Shown one piece after another: positions 50,263 through 62,748 of a stretch of DNA of 64,000 nt. Source of the stretch: Azolla caroliniana (taxonomy: Eukaryota; Plantae; Polypodiophyta); assembly GCA_043228905.1 (NCBI GenBank), contig JBHGNT010000003.1, positions 23,064,001-23,128,000 on the forward strand, read 5' to 3'. A model generated the notes under the pieces. It did no database searches and had not been told where the DNA came from. It was given only the letters and a program-made list of their open reading frames with translations. Made by a program: the position numbers and the translations under genes. Position 1 is the stretch's first letter, and each line of letters opens with the position of its first letter.

Positions 50263-53184
50263 TTCTGATGTGGCGTGTCCAGTGTGAGAAAATGTGAAAA
50301 TGTGAGGTCGCACGCACATTCACAACGTAGTATAAATATGAAAAAATTAGGTTGCATTCAAAATTTACCTATGTCTTACTAACATCAGGCTACGTAGAGT
50401 ACAACAACGTCTTCCTATGGGTATTTTACTGTCCATTGTAAAGATGTTCCAAGTATGAAAGGCGCAACTGGAAGACATGTTATTGGTTGGATGAAAAATT
50501 ACTTCAAGGTAAATTGTGTAGTAATGTCTACTACCGTTAGGATGCACCACTTTGATAATTACACACGTCAGAAAGTATATGATGTCCATAGATCAGAAAT
50601 GTTGATATCATGTGATAAATACATCACATACAACCAGTTCACAAGATTGTGGACAATATGGTTTACAAACGTTATTATTCCGTGGAACGTACGGATGGGG
50701 TATTGTTTAATTTGTGCAAACCTTAAAAGCATGCCTAAACGTGCGAAGACAACAAAGGAAAAGGATATGATGTCCATATATCAGAAATGTTGATATCATG
50801 TGATAAATACATCAAATACAACCAGTTCACAAGATTGTGGACAATATGGTTTACAAACGTTATTATTCCGTGGAACGTACGGATGGGGTATTGTTTAATT
50901 TGTGCAAACCTTAAAAGCATGCCTAAACGTGCGAAGACAACAAAGGAAAAGGATATGATGTCCATATATCAGAAATGTTGATATCATGTGATAAATACAT
51001 CACATACAACCAGTTCACAAGATTGTGGACAATATGGTTTACAAACGTTATTATTCCGTGGAACGTACGGATGGGGTATTGTTTAGTTTGTGAAAACCTT
51101 AAAAGCATGCCTAAACGTGCGAAGACAACAAAGGAAAAGGATATGAGTAAGAAGTTATTAAAGTGAGCATCGTCAAGTACAATCTTTAAAGGAAATGCGT
51201 CACAGAGATAAGTCTTTGAAGAGTCTTGAATAATACATGTGCTTAATGATCGATCGTATGGACCAGAAGAAGTCGTGTTTACCTCACATGTGGGGGCTTC
51301 CCAAAGACATCAAGGATGAGTGCCTTGTTCAAATGCACTTGGTGGGATGCTTGGGTTATAATGAGTCAGTTGAGGTCTTCATTACTTACCTGAATGGCCA
51401 CAATGACCCTAACCTAATTGTTACAATGATTCAAAGGGTTTTGATATCTTCGGGCCAATAGTTCCCCCTTGTTCTCTACATTCAATTGGACAATATCGAA
51501 AGACAGAACACAAATTCAACTATCTTCGGATATTTGAGTATGTTGGTGAACCAAGGATTGTTTAGAAAAGTGAAGGTCAATTTATTTTTGGTTGGCCACA
51601 CACATCATCATATAGATAAGAAGTTTAGCACATTCTCTATACAATTGTCTCGATATGATGTTTTCACATTACCAAAACTATTTGATGTTATTTGTCATGC
51701 ATACACACCACGACCAAAAGTGTTACACTTGAAGGAGACATATGACTTTAAGAGATATATATCAGATTGGGGGAACGGGAATGCTAAAATGCTCACCCAA
51801 TTAAACAATATAAGCTTCAATCACATTTTCTTAATAAAGAAAAATGATACAAGTAGTTCTACACTTTTGTACGCAAAGCAATATTAATCTTCGACAAAAT
51901 GGGAACCTGAAGGCGGTTGCTAGTTCTTACTTTGTATGCCTTCTACAATAGTTTGTGGAGCAAAACAAATGCTAATTGAGACCAAACGATAACTACACAT
52001 TCAGTTGGTAGAAGAACAAAAATAATTATGGTTCCAAACCTTAATGGAAAAAAAGGAAGCATATTGAGGCAGCAAAGAAATATGCCGCACAACAAGACAC
52101 ATCATGTTGGGATGTTTTTTTTAGTGATCATATAGGAATTATTGATAACTATGTATCTGATGATAATTGGAGTTTGGAAATGCCATTCACATAGTCTCTA
52201 CAACACGATAGTGTAAATAAATCTCCACATCATGCAACTAATGCGATTAATGATAGTTTGGTCCATTCACAATAAAGAGACATTTATGTGGGACCAAGGA
52301 TGATCAAAGTAGATGAAGGAAGCTAGGTGGCAAGGCAACTTGCAAGAGATTGAGGCTGGGATGTTGATTGCTACACCTGTTGAGGACAATGAGCTAGGCC
52401 ACCAATTTTGGATCGGTAAAATTCTAGACATGGTGCTGCATGATATAGGAAACACGATCAAGTCTATAAAAGTGGATTGGTACAACGCTAGAAGCAGAAC
52501 TGCGTTTACAGGCAAGTATACACTGGAGATGATGGAATTCCCAAGAAAAGAGGAAATAGGAAGAGGGAGCCAAATATTCGTAACACTTCAACCCTTTACA
52601 TCTCTGATGTGGATATCATTGTCGATGACTTCATGCTTACAAAAGCTGGACGTTTATGGAAGTCAAGAATCGATATAATAAAAGAAAATTTACCCGCTCT
52701 AGAAGGTGGCTTGAGTTGAAGGCGAATGAGATCTGATGCACATAATCTAAAGTCACAACATTTGGTTTATTACGAAGACTATGCATCGAATGGTACATCC
52801 GAGGATGACGAGGAGGAATCCACATTATATATTAGCTATAGTGATTCTCTATAAAGGAATGATCATGAATGTATTTTTGGTTGTTAAGTGTAACTACCTT
52901 CCGCTTCTAACAAACCTAGTAATATAAAAGCGGGTATTTTGCATTCTTTCTATTCTTATGAATATCATTTCTCAAAAATAACATTGGTTATAAATTTCCT
53001 GATATAAATTGAGAATGTAAATTTTTGAAATTGCCCTTTATTTATGTATTTTCAAATCACAAAAATGGTGGATTTTTAACCTTTTCCATAGTATATACGA
53101 GAATGTATAATACTAGTATCAATGTGAAAATGTACTAAAATCAAACGGAATATTCCGTATCCTTCCATTTATGCACCATCCCTC
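50263..53184 (+). mobile_element. Sola/DUF7869-like DDE transposon remnant, copy 2
   Basis: IDRMDQKKSCLPH, QLDNIERQNTN, VGHTHHHIDKKFS. Possible right terminus ...caccatccCTC at 53184. Confidence 0.7.
50577..51140 (+). repeat. 3 x 188-bp tandem triplication in the transposase
   Basis: Units start at 50577, 50765 and 50953 with atatga microhomology. It is single-copy in block A. Confidence 0.92.
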
Positions 53185-53986
53185 TAGTTGTGAACGCGAG
53201 CGTGTTCTATGGATATGGTTATGACAAGGTTAAGGGAAAGGACGAGGGTAAGAGTGAGACTGGAGATGATGATTATAAGGAATTATGTGTTTTAGTATTC
53301 CTTGGTTTTCTTCATGATGGACTCTATAAGGGTTTCATAAAATCTAATGGTGACATTCATGAGGACTTCCATAATAAAAATAAAATAGGGGGTTGTGATG
53401 ATGACGATGCTCTACAAAAATATGGCAATGATGATATGGGTTTGGATAATGAAAAGAAGGGTATAAGTGAGGATAATCTAGGATATGTTAAGATTATTAT
53501 GGATGTGTATAATGATAATGTTTATGTTGTGCATGTGTATGGAAAGGATGAGATTAGGGATATTGAGGATAATCTAGAAAATTTTAAGATGATTTGGATG
53601 TTTATAATGATAAGGTTGATGTTGTGAGTGTGCGTGGGAAGCATGTAGTGTGGTCGCTTAAGGAGCTAGAGGTTAGTATGCACTTGTAGAATGGAATATT
53701 AAGGCTAGTCAACGTTGGTATTCGGATTGGGCCTTGGGAAGGCAAACATGGGACGAGTAAAGGAAGTTTGATGACCCAGGAGATGGTCGGGACGAAGGCG
53801 GCACATGTACGATGCGTGAAGGGTTATGCTTAGGAGGAGAAAATAGGGCCATGACAATCGGTCATGGAAATGCAATGAACGGGCAAAGGATATGGTGGAT
53901 TGGATAGTGACATTGTTTCGTGTTCGAGTATGGTCATCTAGAACATTAGACAATATGATGACCTTGTCTAGAACAATTGTGCACTC

Positions 53987-55043
53987 TGTGTACGTGAAGA
54001 AGTACGAAGACAAATATCAATGAAGCTTGAACAAAAAACACGCACAGAGAGAGAAAACCAAAAGGCATACAATACGACTTGTATTATTAAGAACTAGGTA
54101 GTACAACAACATACTGACAAAGAGTTTACAAAGTTAGCTATATACTAATCAAACTAGGGCAACTGCCCTTTATGCTATTTACAAGAATAGCCTAGCCTAG
54201 TTTTTCTAATGGGGTAATGGGAATATGTCCATTATATTACTGTATGCGACACTCCCCATAATGTGAAGTTGCAACTTGTTTGCCATACTAGCAGTGCACG
54301 TAGAATTGTGGTAGGTGAAGGATAATTTCGGGATATAGCCGGTTATCGATAGATGCATGATGTTGGCTTTGTTAAGATGACACAAGGATGACACCGGAAT
54401 ATCAACCAATAATAAGTGGCCCTCTTTGAGGGTGACATACAATGGGTACAATGAATGTACCTTTAGCCCTCAAGCAAGCAGGACGATCCATCTATGGAGT
54501 GTCCACCCTCTTGAAGAGAAGCCAACACGAATGTCTTCTTCATCTAGTTGTCTCATTTGTGGGATCAAGGACATGTCGAACATTGTGTTATATCAAAGTA
54601 GAACCACTCGGCAGGTTGAGTTCTATGGTGTGGATTCCTACTATGGCACAATGTTGAGAGTTTTTGGCTCGAACTGAGTCAGAATGCCGAGCCGAGTATT
54701 GTTGAAACTCAGATCGGTGAGGGGGCACATGATATGACGCACCCAAGTCGAGAAGCCATGTTGTGAATTCTTCACTCATGTACAAAACTTCTGATTTGAC
54801 CGAATTCTTAATTAACTGAATGTTTGGGTCGTCGGATAGAATTTTGGCTGAAGAGTCGACAAAAATAACCTCTTCCTGTCGCTTGCCCTTTTGCTCCGAT
54901 CTTTGAGCTTTTCCATTCTTGTCTTTGAGGGTACAACATTCAATCTTAATGTGTTTAGGTTTCTTGTTGTAGTTGCATGTTCGGATGCCCCTGGACTGAC
55001 TAAAGGCTCTCGCCGAACTTCTTCCAGAAGTAGGAGAGATTAG
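53987..55043 (-). mobile_element. Deleted Copia remnant (3' LTR ~53987-54251, PPT, gag knuckle/PR)
   Basis: TCNYNKKPKHIKIEC and WLLDLGASYHV, with reverse-complement PPT ctcccc at 54252. Confidence 0.65.
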
Positions 55044-55948
55044 GCTCCCAAATCCAGCATTATGTCTCTTCTCGCCCACTCCCATTCTCTACCGGTCATA
55101 GCATAATCGAGTCGTATTACATACTCCACTTTCTTGCTACCGATAAGGAAGAGGTTCTTGTTAAATGACTTTAATTAATTTTTGTGGTTTATGAAAAGCC
55201 ACGTCTCTCATCGGCATGAAGTATATATAAAGGCCCATGCATGCATCATTATCATGCAAAAGTTAGTGAAGTGAGGGCAACATATATAAAGGCCCATGCA
55301 TGCATCATTATCATGCAAAAGTTAGTGAAGTGAGGGCAATATATATAAAGGCCCATGCATGCATCATTATCATGCAAAAGTTAGTGAAGTGAGGGTTATA
55401 TATATATAAAGGCAGCCTTAGTCATTTAAAAAAGCATGACTACCAAGAGTTATAGGCTTGTAAGATTTGAGACAATTAGAGAGTTGGGAAACACCATTTT
55501 AGAGAGTTCTTGTGAGAGAATTGTGAGGTTATTCTCTTGGGTGTTGGGTTTAATTAGAGAATAATTTCTCTAATTGTTGTAAACTCTCTATTACATTTTC
55601 TTATAGTGGAATCACTCTCCTTTCTGTGGACGTAGGCTAATTTAACCGAACCACGTAAATACTCGTGTCATTTATTTCTCCGCTCCTATAATATTATATT
55701 ATTGTTTTCTATTTCATCTAATGTACTATTTGATCTGAGTGTCATCCTAACAGTTCTCTACCTGCGTGGTGGCATCAATCAGATCAGAGAGTTGATGACT
55801 AGACTTCCTCATACCATTCAGAGTTGTGCTAGATTTGTCACAAGCCTTCCTGTAGGTAATTAGAGTTCCAATGCTTGCTCATGTAGTGGTGAGCTGGCGG
55901 AAGCTTGATCTGCTCCTCCCGGCATGTGTATTTTGAATGATTAGCCAT
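55044..55948 (-). pseudogene. TORNADO1-like exon 1, copy 2 (interrupted by a solo LTR, 3' truncated)
   Basis: Highly similar to 46676-46976. The upstream 55949-56760 matches 46977-47800. Confidence 0.88.
55159..55752 (+). mobile_element. Solo LTR with a perfect 5-bp TSD GTTCT
   Basis: TGTTA...TAACA termini, TSD at 55154-55158 and 55753-55757, and the empty site is visible at ~46785. Contains three internal ~60-bp TATA-bearing repeats. Confidence 0.92.
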
Positions 55949-56869
55949 TTTTTCAAACTACAGAAGAAAGGTCACCACGAGTTGGAACGATGAGCACTGG
56001 CGGATATACTTCGATATTGATATGTTATAGATGCAAAATAAGGTAAACTAATAAATAAGATTAGCTGTGAAAATAGATTAATTACATGGGACTGAATGCA
56101 TCATTTCCAACACACGGACATTGGTTGAAGGGGGCAGATTTAGCTCTAAAACACATAATTATTGATGGAAAAGGGAGGGGGAGACTAAGTCTACATACAT
56201 GCATTAACGTTGTTGTTTAATAGCCGTAACATGTAAAGCGAGAATTAGAAGCTAACAAAGAAGACTTTATATAGATATAGATTAATTACGCCATACATTA
56301 TGTGAGTTTTATATAAGAAGCCTTATGTCTTTTTCAACCTATGATAGACATACATACAGTCCCAAAGTCTTTGTATCTATCTTTGGATACTACCCAATTG
56401 AAGACCTTTCAATACTGATTGGACCTTTTGACTGTGATCGATTTGGAATTTTGCAATCATTGGCAATGGTGTGGTCTAACCGGAATGCAGTCAATTATAT
56501 AATAAGGCCAATATGAGACTATTATTGTTATTATTAAACGATATTTCTCATCCACACATTGCCTCATCTATTACAGTGGTACGCGGTTTCTTCTAGAGTC
56601 AATGGCTGCCTATAATTCATCATAACTTGTAATCCAATGATGATGTGCTCTCTCTAATACCCTATTTTGTTATACTCCAATTGTCTCATGGTGCAATTTT
56701 GGCCTTAGAAGACGTTAATATATCTTTCTCTCTTTCTTCCTTCTAATGTTAATAATACCCTCCTCATCTTGTTGTCATCGCCAGTAATCAGCTAATATAG
56801 CACTCATAAATAAAGGATAGATCAAGAAGCCTTGTAATCCACCCCATAATCATTCATTGTGCTAGTCTC

Positions 56870-57042
56870 TAGAGAGAGGCAACTAGGGGTGAGCCATACT
56901 CGCTTAGAGATTTCTCATAGGTAATTTGAATCCCCATACTCGCTGATATAGTGATGAGGTGGCGAAAGCTTGATTTGCTCCTAGGACGCAGCCACTTCAT
57001 CCCTAATAATGTCATTGCATTGGATTCTAAATGATTAGGCAT
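56870..57042 (-). pseudogene. TORNADO1-like 5' fragment, copy 3 (more diverged)
   Basis: MPNHLES resembles MANHSEY, and gaggtggcgaaagcttgatttgctcc matches 46919-46945. Its upstream region resumes after the Copia at 62680-62730. Confidence 0.6.
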
Positions 57043-60000
57043 ATTAAAGTGCATATGTGAATATAGGCATGAATTTGTCGTAATAATTTGGACTGATGAG
57101 CTATATATCTATCTATATATATAATTAGTCATGGAGCATAACTGCAATGCAATTAAAATTATCACTAATTCTCTTATGTTCCAACCTCCCCTTTCCTACA
57201 ATATCTATGTACTTGCACACTAATCAGTAGATTAGACTTTAGCGAAGAGCTTGTTAGAATATTAACATATTAATATTAAAAGTAAAACGTTATTAGAAAT
57301 AGGAAATATATCATAAATAAAGAAAATAAAACTAACTAATGTAACCACCTATTACGTGACTTTTGTTCACACAACCATTGGTTAGAAAGTTACCTTCATG
57401 TGAGATGCAATCACAATGAACATTCCCATTACAAGCTTCCCTATGATCTCTATTGCCTATAAAATGTAACATCTACCATGAACACATGTAATTCTTCTTT
57501 CTTCATAATATATTAAGTCATATGTATCCACTTGTTATTCTTTGTTAGATAGTGCTTTAAATTCCTACATGGTATCAGAGCCCTCTAATAGGAATTAAGG
57601 AACAACCATCAAGAAGATCAATCCGGAAGATCTACGAAGATGGAGTCTAACACAAGTTCAACAAACAAAACAACATCCATGACAAGAAAGTACACCATGG
57701 AGAAACTCAACGACATAAATTATGGAATGTGGAAATTAAGGATGAGTTTAATCCTTGAAAGAGCACAATTAATCGACATTGTGAAAGGTAAAATACCACC
57801 CTAGAGTTGGAAGAATGGAAAAATAAAGATTTAGATGCACACATGGAATTGGTTATGCATCTAACTGATGAACAAATAGATTTAGTAAAAGATTTAGAAA
57901 CATCAAAAGAAATATGGGATGCCTTGAAGGAACGCCAGGAACCCTCGGACAGAACAACAAAGATTAACACCTTGAGACACCTTGTCACATTGGAAATGGA
58001 AGAAAGTGAAGAAATTGACACATTCATCAGAAAATGGCCGTTGGCCCTCGAGCAAGCATTATCAGTAGGTAATAAAATTGATGAAGATATGAAATTCGAT
58101 TTAATTTTTGGGGCTTTACCAGATTCGTGGGACACCTTTGTCACCACACATGGAAATGATGACGTTTCAAACATGAAGAATATGTTTCTAAAAATGAAAA
58201 GAGAAGAGATTCGAAGAATAAAGGACAAGGCGAAACATAACAATGGATCAATGGCAATGAGCGCAATTACAAGATTTCAAAAATCTAACTTCTCAAAGCC
58301 AAGATTTCAAAAGGTTCAAAGGTCATACAAGCCAAATCAACTATCAAAGCAAGGAGCACTCAATGTTTCTACAATCATATGTAGATATTGCAACAAAATG
58401 AGACACATGGAAAGAGAATGTCGCCGGAAGCAATATGATCAAAGAAACAAAGGTAAAAGATACAATTTCCAAGCACATTCTGCATTAATACGTAATGAAG
58501 AAGAAGACACATCGTTCATACAAGCATTCATGTCAGAAGTACAAACTACAAAATTCAAATGGAAAGATTATGGTACTTTGACACCGGATCCACCCACCAT
58601 CTCACCCATAATCGAGAATGGTTACATAATTATAAACCACTCCATCATCCACTTAAGGTACGCTTCGGAGATAATGGTATGAAGTTAGCTCTTGGAAAAG
58701 GTACAATTTATCTATCAATAAATAACAAATCGAAAATTACAATCTCGAATGTTTACTTTGTCCCCGGTTTAGCAAAGAACTTACTGTCTGTAAGTGAGGC
58801 TACATCAAATGGAACAATAATCGAATTTCATTACAATTGTGCTATAATTCGTTACAAGTTACCTACGGGAGATATAATTAAAACAACATGTCCGAATATC
58901 GGAAATTTGTATCCATTAAAGATGATGGATCATGCGCCAATTGAAGCATACATAAATTGAAGCATACATAGCTTCAAGCCATCAACAAGATGATCAAACA
59001 TTGATATGGCACCATCGGCTAGGCCACCTACATCCCAAATCAATAAAGAAAATTCAAACACATAAGCTTGTTGAAGGTATACCAACTAAACCATTTCAGT
59101 ATTTATCTATTTGTGAAGGATGTATTTACGGGAAGCAAAGTAGAAGAAAGTTCCCTCACCATATTCATCAAAACGAGAGGGCACTCCAAATCATTCATTC
59201 CGACTTATGTGGGCCGCTACAAATACCTTCAATAACCGGTAATTGACATTTCATTACCTTTATTGATGACTTCACAAGATTCACCATAATTTACTTCATG
59301 AAGAGTAATGCCGGTGCTTTCAATGTCTTCAAAACTTATAAAGCACTTCCTGAAAACCAACGTCAATCTCAAATTAAAACAATTAGAACAGATAATGGTG
59401 GAGAATATTGTTCAACTGAATGGAAGACATTTTGTAAGACACAAGGAATAAGACATGAGTTTACAACTTCATACAATCCACAACAAAATGGTGTTGCGGA
59501 GCAAAAGAATAGGACACTACTAGACACAAGAAGGAGCATGCTTCAAGTGGCCGGTCTACAAAACAAGTTTTGGCAAGAGGCCATCTCTACGACATGTTAT
59601 TTACAGAACCGATCTCCGCACAAGGTACTCAGATTGAATACACCTTTTTTCTTATGGTTTGGAAGGAAACCTAATGTGGAACACTTAAAGATATTTGGTG
59701 CAATCGCTTATAGTCACATTTCTCCTAAGTTAAGAAAAAAATTAGACCCCCATAGTATTAAATGTATAATGGTAGGATATGGCGAATCCGAGGGGATTAA
59801 GGGATATAAATTATTTAACCCACAAAATAATAAATTTATATATCGTCGATCCGTCATTTTTGACGAACAAGTAGTATCCCCAAAATACCCTATAAACTTA
59901 CAAAATATCCCCCTTATACATTATGTAAATAATCACAAATATGGGAAGGAGCATGTCAATAACATAAGAGAATCATTAGAATTAGAAGGGTTCAAAGAAG

Positions 60001-61312
60001 AAGAGGAGAGCCAAGAGGTACATAAAATCAAGATAATTAAGAATTTACCAAATAAAAATATAATGCACACATCCACAAGCATAGCACAAGAAGTGGATGG
60101 TGATGCTAGAGAGGTTGGTGGTGGCATTATAATAGAAGGCAACATAGAGGTGGAACATCGTAACAATGACGACGGTGATGGCATGGTGGAGCTAAGAGAA
60201 AATGAAAGGAATGATACTCCCACTCCTAGCATAAACAACCACTCTTATAGCTTTTCATCTCCCACCAATTCTTGGCAAACCCCAACTCACAATTCTGTTT
60301 TTTCCCCCACTTTTCTAAATTCAAAATTTTCAAAACCAACTTTTGCAAATTCAAAATTTTCAACTCTACCACTTCAAAACCAACTTTTCTAAATTTAAAC
60401 TCTACCCCTTCAAAATCCACCTTTCCACAATCCATTTTCTCAAATCCCTCAAATCAAACCTTAGGATTTCCACACCAATGAACTCAAGCTTTAGGATCCT
60501 CTTCAAAAGATATATCTCAAGGTGACACCACCCCAATTGAAAATATAGCGAGCCCTATAACTATGAAGGAAAAGAAGTATAGATCCTTAAATGAGATTTA
60601 TGAGATAACCGATCCTATGGAAGCACTAATGGTGGATTTGGATGAAGAGAATGAATACATTGAAAATCATGAACCACAAGCCCCTTTGCACAACATCCAC
60701 CCATCGGTTAAAGATGCATTACAAAGCCTCGAACGTCTTCAATGGCAAACAACCATGCAAGCGGAAATTGATGCACTAGAAAAGAATGGCACATGGAGTT
60801 TAGTGCCTCGACCCAATGGTAAGAATATTATTTCTTGCAAATGGGTACTCACAAAGAAATTTGATTCCAATGGAAAGCTAGATAGATTGAAGGCCCGCCT
60901 AGTTGCAAGAGGATTTACCCAAATCCATGGCATCGATTACAAAGATACTTTTGCACCAACTTTGAAGATGGTTCCAATGCTCTTAATATTTAGCATTACC
61001 ACAGGTCTAAATCTCGAGCTTCATCATATTGACATCGAGACCGCCTTCTTGCATGGAGACCTTGATGAAGAAATATATATGGAACAACCTCCATACTTTG
61101 TAAGCTCAACAATCCCTCATTACGTATGTAAATCACATAAATCATTGTATGGATTAAAACAATCATCTCGAATGTGGCACCACAAACTTCACACTTATCT
61201 TGAAGCTATTGGATTTAGACGCCTTCAAGCCAAGCCAACTTTATACATTCGGAAGGAACACACAAATCTTGTTATCATTGGTGTATATGTAGATGATTTG
61301 CCAATTGCTTAA

Positions 61313-62124
61313 AACTCCACCAAATGAACTCCACCAAGGTAACTTGAACTAAGAGTGGAGGTGGCCTTGCCACTCGTAAAGGTTTTGGCCAACCAAAACG
61401 GAACTGGACGGTAACCGGGGATCGGCGGATCCGGCGAGGCGGCGATATCAGCATCCGACGGGCTGGCGAAAGCGGTGGCATATGGCGATCGATGGTAACC
61501 GGCATCCGGTAAATTGGCGTCATCCGGCATCCGGCGACCAAATTAATAAATAAATATATATCACATATATATACATGAGGAGGGCAAGTGAGGATTCGAA
61601 CCTTGCACCTCCTAGTTAAGAGTCAATAAGCTTACCACTAAGCCATGACATTTAGTTGAATTTATATTTCTATCATTGTACTTTTACATGGAAATTTTTA
61701 TGCATGAGAGCTAAAACGAGTGACATGGTTATCATGCACCACATGTAATACATGAGCGCCAAATGGCAAACATGCATTTTATGCATGTCTTGTACCCTCA
61801 CATGCATCATATGCATGAGAGCATCTATAAAAGAAGGGATGAAAAAGAAGAAGGGTTAGGCTTCTTTTGGGTTATGAAATTAAGAAGAAGAGAATTCGTT
61901 ATCGAATTGATCGTGTAACTTATTTTAAAATCTAAAATCAAGAGTTCAATCGTAATCTCTCTCAATCTAACGTCAAACGTTCTATTCAATCTCAAGCTCT
62001 CTCTCTCTTTCAATCTAGCTTAAGTACTTTCTCGCTAAAGCTTGCGCCAACTTCAAGTCCTTCTGGTCTAGAACCCCGGCGGTTCCGCCTCACGATCCGC
62101 CCGTAGTGACGGATCTTCACGACA
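61313..62124 (+). mobile_element. LTR fragment (...CACGACA family) replacing part of Copia RT/RH
   Basis: Homologous to 1036-1735 (reverse complement). Antisense B box 61592-61602, A box 61635-61645 and TATA ~61826. Confidence 0.75.
61585..61650 (-). promoter_or_regulatory. tRNA-like Pol III type-2 promoter inside an LTR (best-preserved copy; Lys-CTT-like loop)
   Basis: TGGCTTAGTGG-N32-GGTTCGAATCC with gactCTTaact in the spacer. There is no complete cloverleaf. Confidence 0.7.
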
Positions 62125-62748
62125 GCGTCATCATTTTATAAGAGACTTGGTCGAAGCAAAAGAAATGTCACTCCAATACACTTCAACTACAACCATGTGG
62201 GTTGATTTCCTCACTAAACCCGTACCCCAACACAAGCACTGGATATGTTGTTCGAAGATAGGACTCAAATTAGAGAAACCAAATAAATAGGTTGCTTACA
62301 TTAAGGGGGGGTGTTAGAATATTAAAATATTAATATTAAAAATAAGACGTTACTAGAAATAGGAAATATATCATAAATAAAGAAAATAAAACCAACTAAT
62401 GTAACCACCTATTACGTGACTTTTGTTCACACAACCATTGGTTAGAAAGTTACCTTCATGTGAGATGTAATCACAATGAACATTCCCATTACAAGCTTCC
62501 CTATGATCTCTATTGCCTATAAAATGTAACATCTACCATGAACACATGTAATTCTTCTTTCTTCATAATATATTAAGTCATATGTATCCACTTGTTATTC
62601 TTTGTTAGATAGTGATTTAAATTCCTACAGAGCTTACATGGGAATTAATGGATTTTGAATAATTAGACATATAAAACTATAGAAGAAAGATCACCACAAG
62701 TCAGAACGGTAAGTCTGGCGGATATGGTTCAATCCAGCAAAATGAGTT

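Larger units (their letters stand above)
48437..53046 (+). repeat. Segmental duplication block A'
   Basis: Colinear with 36641-40831. Confidence 0.9.
57252..62629 (+). mobile_element. Full-length Ty1/Copia element with an internal deletion and a nested LTR fragment
   Basis: 318-bp LTRs at 57252-57569 and 62312-62629 (~7 mismatches), TSD GAGCT, PBS-Met 57570-57581 and PPT aaggggggg. gag 57698-58560, PR WYFDTGSTHHL, INT 59001-60392, RT to YVDD at ~61300 and RH tail 62125-62290. Confidence 0.95.

Noticed and set aside
53190-53627. D/N-rich 145-aa ORF
   Set aside because: Low-complexity, internally repetitive sequence between TE remnants, with a non-ATG start and no motifs.
61585-61650. Functional tRNA-Lys(CTT) gene
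   Set aside because: The A/B boxes are good but the acceptor and anticodon stems do not pair and it lies inside an LTR, so it is reported as a tRNA-like promoter.
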